Made by a program: the position numbers and the translations under genes. A model generated the notes under the pieces. It had not been told where the DNA came from and ran no database searches. It saw only the letters and a program-made list of their open reading frames with translations. Below are positions 57,293 to 64,000 of a stretch of 64,000 nt of DNA, piece by piece (position 1 is the first letter of the stretch; each line of letters starts with the position of its first letter). The DNA is from Candidatus Flemingiibacterium sp. (lineage in GTDB: Bacteria > Bacillota > Clostridia > Oscillospirales > CAG-272): the NCBI GenBank assembly GCA_045579745.1, contig JAZNMQ010000020.1, positions 4,108 to 68,107 of the forward strand, given 5' to 3'.

Positions 57293-57537
57293 AACAAAAA
57301 TACCTATTCCCTTTGCAGAAATTTTCTCTCACTGTTTTGGTGTGAATTTTTTCTTTCTGTAATTAGAATAGCATTTTACGCAAAGGATGTCAAGCGATTT
57401 TTTGAAAAAATTATGTGGTTTTGTTTCCTGAGTTTACAAAAAAGAAAGAACACCATATTTACTTATTAATATTTATTTGCTATAATGAATCCAAGATTGG
57501 TGTTCTGTGTGAAAATAGTTTTTATAGGCATCTTTTG

Positions 57538-58497
57538 ATGATGGAAAGCGGTGCGAAAATGTCGAGCGACTTAAATAAAGCCAATCGTTTGACGAAGGCT
57601 GTGCTTCTAAAGGATAATCCTATATATCAGAATGTTTGTGCTTGTCATGACATCTACTCCCCCGAGCTTGCATCGGAAAGACTGAAGACTCACGACATTT
57701 TCGAGATAAGCATAGTTACTTCGGGAAGCGGCATCCATTGTATTCAAAATCAGGCGATCCCTTGCAGCGAAGGCGATATCTACATAGTAAGCGGCGATAT
57801 CCCTCATATGTACTTTTTGTCAGAGGACGGCGGTGAACTTGTTGTTCGTCACCTGTACTTTGATATCAAGGACTGGTTTGACGGTGATATAGTTTATTCA
57901 GGAAGTGTTCGCTATTGCTACGGGGTATTTTCGGACAACGCCCTGACAGCATATGCTATGCTGACCTCGCAGACACTTGCTGAAATCAACAGCCTTTGCC
58001 ATGAAATCGAAAAAGAGCTCGATGAGAGAAAAATTGAGTGGAACGAAGCTGTCAGAGCGCATCTTTCGATGATACTCATTAAGCTCGGCCGATATGTTAA
58101 AGGAGCAATTAAAAACGAGCCTTCACCCAATCACAAGGAATGGTCAATAGTTTCAACCGCAATGAACACTGTAATGGACCATTTCGCGGAATGCGAGCTG
58201 ACGCTTGAATCGATCGCCGAGAGCATGTTTATCAGCAAATCGCATCTCAGCAGACTTTTCAAACGCCTGACAGGCAGGTCATTCACGGATTATCTTCGCG
58301 GTATACGGCTTGAGCACGCCTGCCATCTTTTGGAGGATACTGACCTTAACATCGAGGAAATCGTTAAGCAATGCGGGCTTCGCGATATTCCCTCATTCTA
58401 TCGTTCGTTCGGCGAAAAAATGAATATGACGCCGAACTGCTACCGCAAAACACAAAAATCGAAATCCAAAAATATTTTTTATAAAGGAGAAACAACA
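57538..58497 (+). CDS. AraC-family regulator module (cupin + HTH) with no stop codon; reads in frame into the corrinoid protein
   Basis: Part of ORF 57415-59133. Start is ATG 57538, 57541 or 57559. HTH LESIAESMFISKSHLSRLFKRLTG...GLRDIPSFYRSFGEKMNMTPNCYRK. There is no in-frame stop before 59131. Confidence 0.7.
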
Positions 58498-59133
58498 ATG
58501 AGCATTTTAACCGAAATTTCCGAGAATCTTCAGAAGGGTAAAGCTAAGATCGTTAAAGAGCTTGTACAGCAGGCACTTGACGAGGGCGTAAAGGCTTCTG
58601 ACATTCTTAACGATGGCCTTCTCGCAGGTATGGGCGTAATCGGCGAAAAGTTTAAAAACAACGAAGTTTATGTTCCTGAAGTTCTCGTTGCAGCAAGAGC
58701 TATGAACATGGGTACTCAGGTACTTAAGCCCCACCTCGCTGAGAGCGGTGTTGAGGCTGCAGGTAAGGTTTGCATCGGTACTGTACAGGGCGACCTCCAC
58801 GATATCGGTAAGAACCTTGTTAAGATGATGATGGAAGGTAAGGGTCTTGAGGTTGTTGACCTCGGAACTGACGTTTCCGCTGAAGCTTTTGTTAATACCG
58901 CTATTGAGCAGAACTGCCAGATCATCTGCTGCTCCGCACTTCTCACCACAACCATGGGCGTTATGGAAGAGGTTGTTAAGCTTGCAACCGAGAAGGGCAT
59001 CCGCGACAAGGTTAAGATCATGATCGGCGGCGCTCCCACAACAACCGAGTTCTGCCAGAAGATCGGTGCTGACTGCTACACTGCTGACGCTGCAAGTGCT
59101 GCTGACGCTGCTATTGCTCTCTGCAAGGCATAA
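58498..59133 (+). CDS. cobalamin-binding corrinoid protein (MtaC/MtbC/MtqC-like)
   Basis: Internal ATG 58498 is preceded by AAAGGAGA (58483-58490). B12-binding_2 cap helix bundle plus the Rossmann domain motif GTVQGDLHDIGKN (DxHxxG). 211 aa, the normal size for this family. Confidence 0.85.
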   Translation: MSILTEISENLQKGKAKIVKELVQQALDEGVKASDILNDGLLAGMGVIGEKFKNNEVYVPEVLVAARAMNMGTQVLKPHLAESGVEAAGKVCIGTVQGDLHDIGKNLVKMMMEGKGLEVVDLGTDVSAEAFVNTAIEQNCQIICCSALLTTTMGVMEEVVKLATEKGIRDKVKIMIGGAPTTTEFCQKIGADCYTADAASAADAAIALCKA

Positions 59134-59167
59134 TTTCTCTATAATTTAATTAAAGGAATACTAACTG

Positions 59168-60172
59168 ATGAAACGTAACATGAGACAGTGGATAGCCGAG
59201 CTTCGCGAGTCGAAGAAGGCGCTTCCCGTTCTTTCCTTCCCCTGCGTAAGCCTCCTCGGCATCACCGTTAGCGAGCTCATCTCGAGCAGCGACCGTCAGG
59301 CAGAGGGTATGCGCATGGTTGCCGAAAAGGTTGATTCTGCTGCATCCGTTAGCCTTATGGACCTTTCTGTTGAAGCTGAGTGCTTCGGTGCTACTCCGCG
59401 TTTTTCTGACAGCGAGGTTCCCACTATCGTCGGCAGACTTATTCACGACGAGGATGAGGCCAAGGCACTTGAGGTTCCCAAGGTCGGTGCGTGCCGTTCA
59501 GGTCTGTATGTTGACGCCATTCGCAAGGCTGTAAAACTCATCGAGGATCGCCCTGTTCTTGCAGGTATCATCGGTCCCTTCTCCCTCGCAGCAAGACTTC
59601 TTGATGTATCTGAAATTATGATGGATTGCTATGATGAACCGGATATGGTACATATCGTTCTCGAAAAAGCTACCGAATTCCTCATCGAATACGCCAAGGC
59701 GTACAAGGAAGCAGGTGCTAACGGCATCGTTATGGCTGAACCGGTTGCGGGACTTCTCTCCCCTGCTCTTGAGGCTGAATTCTCTGCTCCTTATGTAAAG
59801 AAGATAGTTGACGCTGTTCAGGACGATGAGTTCGTTCTCATCTACCACAACTGCGGCGACAATACACCTTTAATGGTTGACTCCATTCTTTCGACAGGCT
59901 CTGCTGCTTATCACTTCGGTAACGCTATCAATATGCGTGAGATGATGGAAAAGCTTCCGTCCGATGTCGTTGCTATGGGTAATGTAGACCCCGCAGGTGT
60001 TCTTCGCATGGGCAACCCCGAAACTGTACGAAAGGCTACCCTCGATGTTATGGGCGATTGCTGCAAGTTTGATAACTTCGTTATCTCCTCAGGCTGCGAC
60101 ATTCCTCCTATGACTCCGTGGGAGAATATTGACGCGTTCTTTAGCGCAGTAAACGAGTATTATGGAAAATAA
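59168..60172 (+). CDS. MtaA/CmuA-family (URO-D superfamily) methylcorrinoid methyltransferase
   Basis: 334 aa. Zinc-ligand pattern IYHNCGD ... SSGCDIPP. GIIGPFSLAARL. Confidence 0.8.
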   Translation: MKRNMRQWIAELRESKKALPVLSFPCVSLLGITVSELISSSDRQAEGMRMVAEKVDSAASVSLMDLSVEAECFGATPRFSDSEVPTIVGRLIHDEDEAKALEVPKVGACRSGLYVDAIRKAVKLIEDRPVLAGIIGPFSLAARLLDVSEIMMDCYDEPDMVHIVLEKATEFLIEYAKAYKEAGANGIVMAEPVAGLLSPALEAEFSAPYVKKIVDAVQDDEFVLIYHNCGDNTPLMVDSILSTGSAAYHFGNAINMREMMEKLPSDVVAMGNVDPAGVLRMGNPETVRKATLDVMGDCCKFDNFVISSGCDIPPMTPWENIDAFFSAVNEYYGK

Positions 60173-60719
60173 AGAAATTTTCGATAAGCTTTGCGCCAAG
60201 GCTATTGAGCTCGGCGCATCCAATGTAGGTATTGTTGATGTTGACAAGATTGAAACAGACGCGGTTTTCCGTGAAATGTGCGCATCCAACGCTTGCGGAG
60301 TTTACGGCAAATGCTGGACTTGTCCTCCTGATATAGGTGATATTCATGAGCTTATGGCAAAGGTGAAATCCTTTGATTATGCGCTTGTTTATCAGACTAT
60401 AAGCGACCTTGAAGACAGCTACGACTTTGAGGGCATGATGGAGGCAGGCAGCCGCCATAACAAGCTTGACTGTGCTCTCAGGGAAAGCGTCAGAGCGATG
60501 GAGCTTACCAAGGTGCTTCACCTCGGAGCAGGCGGATGCAGAGTTTGCGAGGTTTGCGCAAAGCGCACAAACGAGCCCTGCAGATTCCCGGAGCTTGCAA
60601 TGTCTTCACTTGAAGCTCATGGCATAAACGTGTCTAAGCTTGCGGCTCTTGCCGGAATGAAGTACATCAACGGAACAGATACCGTAACCTACTTCGGCAC
60701 GGTATTCTTCTCTGTGTAA
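60162..60719 (+). CDS. DUF2284-like metal-binding protein
   Basis: 11-nt overlap with the upstream gene. Motifs CWTCPP and GGCRVCEVC. Confidence 0.65.
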   Translation: MENKEIFDKLCAKAIELGASNVGIVDVDKIETDAVFREMCASNACGVYGKCWTCPPDIGDIHELMAKVKSFDYALVYQTISDLEDSYDFEGMMEAGSRHNKLDCALRESVRAMELTKVLHLGAGGCRVCEVCAKRTNEPCRFPELAMSSLEAHGINVSKLAALAGMKYINGTDTVTYFGTVFFSV

Positions 60720-60797
60720 AACAGAGAAGCGTAAAATACCATCTCGCATTACTATAAAGATATTCACGCCTCGGATGTATAATAATTCGGGGCGTGA

Positions 60798-60876
60798 TTT
60801 AAGGCAGTACCACAAAATTCACGGCTGACGCCTTTATGGCGCATCTGGACTATCGGAATCATGCGGTACTGCCTTA
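60798..60876 (+). repeat. copy B of the ~80-nt structured intergenic element
   Basis: TTAAGGCAGTACCACAAAATTCACGGCTGACGCCTTTATGGCGCATCTGGACTATCGGAATCATGCGGTACTGCCTTAA. The terminal 13-nt arms TTAAGGCAGTACC / GGTACTGCCTTAA are perfectly complementary. Confidence 0.75.
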
Positions 60877-60901
60877 AATTAAAAACAAATGGAGATTTTT
60901 T

Positions 60902-62410
60902 ATGGAAAACAACCATAAAACAGCTTTAGTAACCGTCAACGGCAATGCTGTGGAAGCCACGCTCGGAAGCAAGCTTTCCTCGGTGCTTGAAATAGCTATG
61001 CCATGCGGCGGTCATGGAAAATGCGGAAAATGCAAGGTAATCGCAAGCGGTCACCTTTCCGAAATCAGCGATAGTGAGCGCAAATATCTGACAGCAGATG
61101 AGCTTGCAAAGGGTGTCAGACTCGCTTGCTCTGCTTATATCGAGGGCGACTGCACAGTTTCAACCGATACCAAGGCAGTGCACAGTCAGATTGTAACCGA
61201 CGGTCACATGCCGCTCATTTCTCTCAAACCGATTTTCGCAAAATACGGCGTGGCAATTGATATAGGCACGACGACGCTTGCCGCGCGCCTTTTCGATACA
61301 AACGCCAATGTGCTTTCACATGTGAGCCGGCTCAATCCGCAGTCGATTTGGGGAGCGGATGTCATTTCGCGTATTGAAGCGTCTATGCGCGGAGAATCCG
61401 AAAAAATGGCTCAGGTCATTTGCTCTGCACTTGATGAGCTTATCGTCGAGCTTGCAAGCAACGCCTTGATAGACGCGCAAGATGTTGACGGTATTGTAAT
61501 AACCGGTAACACCTGCATGCTTTATCTGCTGACCAATACCTCCACTGAGCCTCTTTCGCACGCTCCGTTTGCGGCAAGCAGATTATTCGGCGAAACTCTT
61601 GGTGCATCTGAGGTAGGATTAAAATCCGTACCTTCACAGACAACAGTTTATCTTCCGTCCTGCATTTCAGCATTTGTCGGTGCAGATACAACCTGTGCGC
61701 TTCTCGCAACACAAACCTGCGAATCCGACGATACCAATCTGATGGTCGATATCGGAACCAACGGCGAAATGGGACTTTGGCATGACGGTAAGCTTTATGT
61801 ATGCTCGACGGCGGCAGGCCCCGCATTCGAGGGAGTCGGAATATCTATGGGCATGGGTGGCTCAACGGGAGCAATCGACCGTGTTAAGGTTGTGAACGGA
61901 GAAATATCCGCACATGTTATCGGCGATACAGAGCCACGCGGAATATGCGGAAGCGGACTTGTTGACGCAGTTGCCGCCTTGTTAAAGCTTGAAATACTCG
62001 ACGAATCTGGCTTTCTTGAGGACGACGAGGCAGTTATTGCCGCTCCGGTAGTGCTCGAGCAGCAGGATATTCGCATGGTTCAGCTTGCAAAAAGTGCGAT
62101 CTGTGCGGGTATTAAGACTCTGCTCAAATCAGCCAAGCTCGATTCCGACAAAATCAAAGCAATGTATGTTGCAGGAGGCTTCGGAAGCTACCTTGATATG
62201 CACAGCGCAGGTGAGATAGGACTTATTCCGAGCGAGCTTGAGGAGCGCATCGATGTTGTCGGAAATGCGGCATTAAGCGGTGCGGCGATGCTTCTTTTAA
62301 ACTCCGATTTGCGTAAACTCTGCGAGAAAATGGCGAGGGACGCAATCGTTTTGGAGCTTTCCTCAAATCCCGTATTTGCAGATGAATATATGACGGGCAT
62401 GCTGTTTTAA
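60902..62410 (+). CDS. reductive activator of corrinoid enzymes (RACE/RamA-like; 2Fe-2S ferredoxin + ASKHA ATPase, DUF4445)
   Basis: N-terminal plant-type ferredoxin motif CGGHGKCGKCKV. ASKHA phosphate motifs GVAIDIGTTT and LMVDIGTNGE. Confidence 0.8.
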   Translation: MENNHKTALVTVNGNAVEATLGSKLSSVLEIAMPCGGHGKCGKCKVIASGHLSEISDSERKYLTADELAKGVRLACSAYIEGDCTVSTDTKAVHSQIVTDGHMPLISLKPIFAKYGVAIDIGTTTLAARLFDTNANVLSHVSRLNPQSIWGADVISRIEASMRGESEKMAQVICSALDELIVELASNALIDAQDVDGIVITGNTCMLYLLTNTSTEPLSHAPFAASRLFGETLGASEVGLKSVPSQTTVYLPSCISAFVGADTTCALLATQTCESDDTNLMVDIGTNGEMGLWHDGKLYVCSTAAGPAFEGVGISMGMGGSTGAIDRVKVVNGEISAHVIGDTEPRGICGSGLVDAVAALLKLEILDESGFLEDDEAVIAAPVVLEQQDIRMVQLAKSAICAGIKTLLKSAKLDSDKIKAMYVAGGFGSYLDMHSAGEIGLIPSELEERIDVVGNAALSGAAMLLLNSDLRKLCEKMARDAIVLELSSNPVFADEYMTGMLF

Positions 62411-62430
62411 TTATATTTATTAATCGAAAA

Positions 62431-62452
62431 AGGGCTAAACACAGCCCTTTTT
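62431..62452 (+). terminator. intrinsic terminator after the activase gene
   Basis: AGGGCT / AGCCCT hairpin followed by TTTT. Confidence 0.65.
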
Positions 62453-62503
62453 GTATTTTCATGCGAAGATTGTAAACAATTTGTTTAAATTTTCATACCG
62501 CAC

Positions 62504-62532
62504 TTGATAAAATCGTTTCAAAAGAGTATAAT
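62504..62532 (+). promoter_or_regulatory. sigma-A-type promoter for the MarR-ABC operon
   Basis: TTGATA 62504-62509, a 17-nt spacer, TATAAT 62527-62532. Confidence 0.6.
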
Positions 62533-62553
62533 TTAGGTACCTAATTAAGGAGG

Positions 62554-63048
62554 TTGATTACCATTCCTACAGATACTGAGCTTATGAGCCGTATGCGCAG
62601 ATGCGGTCATCTACTTCACCACCACTATCCTATCAACATGTCGCAGAACAGGATCCTTTTAATTTTAAAGAACGAAGGGCCTATGAAGCAGCGCGAGCTG
62701 ATGGAGCGTATGAATATCCAAGCCGGAAGCCTGAGCGAAATAATCGCAAAGGTCGAAGCAGGCGGTTTTTTAGAGCGTACAAGATGCGAGGGCGACCGCC
62801 GCAACTTTGAGCTGAGGCTCACAGATGCAGGTCGGGAGCGCGCGGAGATTTTTGAGCGAGAGCGCGACGAAATGGCACAAAAGCTCTTCTCGGTGCTCGA
62901 CGACGCTCAAAAGGATGAGCTTTTTGAAACCCTCAACATACTGCTTGAAAAATGGCGCGGCGATTTATGGCATTGCCATGTCAACTCAGGTGAATCGCAG
63001 GACAATGCGGCGGACAGCAAAAAGGAGTCAGAATCAAACAATGCTTAG
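62554..63048 (+). CDS. MarR-family transcriptional regulator
   Basis: Winged-helix region ILLILKNEGPMKQRELMERMNIQAGSLSEIIAKVEAGGFLER. The start is uncertain: TTG 62554 abuts the SD AGGAGG (62548-62553), and the next ATG is at 62584. Confidence 0.75.
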   Translation: MITIPTDTELMSRMRRCGHLLHHHYPINMSQNRILLILKNEGPMKQRELMERMNIQAGSLSEIIAKVEAGGFLERTRCEGDRRNFELRLTDAGRERAEIFERERDEMAQKLFSVLDDAQKDELFETLNILLEKWRGDLWHCHVNSGESQDNAADSKKESESNNA

Positions 63049-64000
63049 ACGATTTCTAAACTACTATAAACCACACAAAAAAATACTCATTCTTGATATG
63101 ATTGCATCGCTGATCGTTGCACTTGTGGGCATCGTTTATCCGATGGTCACGCGGACGATGCTGAACGAGCTCATACCAAACCGCGAGTACCGATTGATCG
63201 TAATTTTCGGCTTGTCGCTGCTCCTTTTGTATGTTATCAAGATGCTTCTCAACTATTTTATCCAATATTACGGCCATGTTATGGGCGTGCGAATGCAAGC
63301 GGAAATGCGCTCCGAGATGTTCGCTCACCTTGAAAAGCTTCCGTACAGCTTCTACGACAAAAACGAAACCGGTCAGATAATGTCAAGAATGACCAACGAC
63401 CTTATGGAAATAAGCGAGCTTGCACACCATGGCCCCGAGAATATACTTATTTCGACGATCTCGGTCTTGACAGCATTTGTCTACCTCGCGACAATAAACA
63501 TCTGGCTGACGCTGATAATTTTTGTATGCGTGCCGTTTTTGATTTTGATTGCCTATGTTTTAAACAAAAAGATGCGCGCCGCGTTCCTTGAAAGCCGTCA
63601 GTCGGTTGCTGAAATCAATGCAGCGCTCGAGTCAAGCATCTCCGGCATTCGTGTAACCAAGGCGTTTACCAACGCTGAGCGTGAGCAGGTTAAGTTCGAG
63701 GTAGGAAACTGCAAATTCATAGAAGCTCGCCGTAAAGCCTACAAGGCGATGGGACAGTTCCATTCGAGCACAGCATTTATTACCGATGTATTTAATGTCA
63801 TAGTGTTAATAGCAGGCGGTCTGTTCCTATACAACGGTCAGATCCTGTTCGGCGATTACTCGGCATTTATTGTATCTGTCGGCATGTTCATTTCGCCGGT
63901 TATGACTCTTATTTATTTCGTTGAGCAATATCAAAACGGTGTTACCGGATTTGAACGTTTTATCGAAATAATTGACACCGAGCCGGAGCGCGACTCTGCG
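63041..64000 (+). CDS. ABC transporter, fused permease/ATPase (MsbA/multidrug-exporter type), 3-prime partial
   Basis: ATG 63041 overlaps the MarR stop by 8 nt. My translation begins MLRRFLNYYKPHKKILILDMIASLIV... with a type-I exporter TMD. The frame stays open to the window end. Confidence 0.8.
   Translation, partial: MLRRFLNYYKPHKKILILDMIASLIVALVGIVYPMVTRTMLNELIPNREYRLIVIFGLSLLLLYVIKMLLNYFIQYYGHVMGVRMQAEMRSEMFAHLEKLPYSFYDKNETGQIMSRMTNDLMEISELAHHGPENILISTISVLTAFVYLATINIWLTLIIFVCVPFLILIAYVLNKKMRAAFLESRQSVAEINAALESSISGIRVTKAFTNAEREQVKFEVGNCKFIEARRKAYKAMGQFHSSTAFITDVFNVIVLIAGGLFLYNGQILFGDYSAFIVSVGMFISPVMTLIYFVEQYQNGVTGFERFIEIIDTEPERDSA

Noticed and set aside
57415-57537. N-terminal extension of the AraC/corrinoid ORF from 57415.
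   Set aside because: The extension overlaps the putative promoter (TATAAT 57481-57486), encodes a hydrophobic low-complexity stretch and has no RBS. The ATGs at 57538-57559 fit an AraC cupin N-terminus better.

Overview
This looks like a chromosomal segment from a Gram-positive anaerobe. Gene content, strong GGAGG-type ribosome-binding sites and TTGACA/TATAAT promoters suggest Clostridia, possibly Oscillospiraceae/Ruminococcaceae-like; that placement is inference, not a search result. I call about 60 protein genes, 3 tRNAs (Trp-CCA, His-GTG, Arg-TCT), no rRNA, no CRISPR array and no transposase or integrase. Housekeeping genes include pfkA, htpG, aroC, a phosphoglucomutase, the ylxM-ffh-rpsP-KH cluster, a P1B metal ATPase operon and an NfeD-flotillin operon. 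Two regions stand out. (1) 46.8-62.5 kb is a glycoside-hydrolase locus (GH38-like, GH36-like, GH140/DUF4038, a SIS protein, two AraC regulators). It also carries a complete corrinoid methyl-transfer module: a B12-binding corrinoid protein, an MtaA/URO-D-family methyltransferase, DUF2284 and a RACE/RamA-type reductive activase. Two further divergent URO-D-fold-like proteins sit among the hydrolases. I read this as a candidate anaerobic system for demethylating O-methylated sugars. The corrinoid protein is also in frame, with no stop codon, behind an AraC regulator. (2) 6.66-10.2 kb is a single transcription unit. An acidic Ser/Thr/Asp tandem-repeat lipoprotein is followed by four translationally coupled genes: HPr-kinase-like, PqqD/RRE, S24/S26 peptidase and a PF14907-type nucleotidyltransferase. 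It has RiPP-like accessory enzymes but no recognisable core cyclase and no obvious short precursor. Smaller observations: an ~80-nt structured intergenic element in two copies; four LexA (Cheo)-box-like palindromes in front of an XRE-ImmA-Y-polymerase-YolD cassette; an operator plus attenuator-like leader on the metal ATPase operon; a MetH-like protein with no B12 domain; and a barnase/barstar pair immediately after the ffh-rpsP-KH genes. All product calls come from motifs read in the supplied translations. No database search was run.
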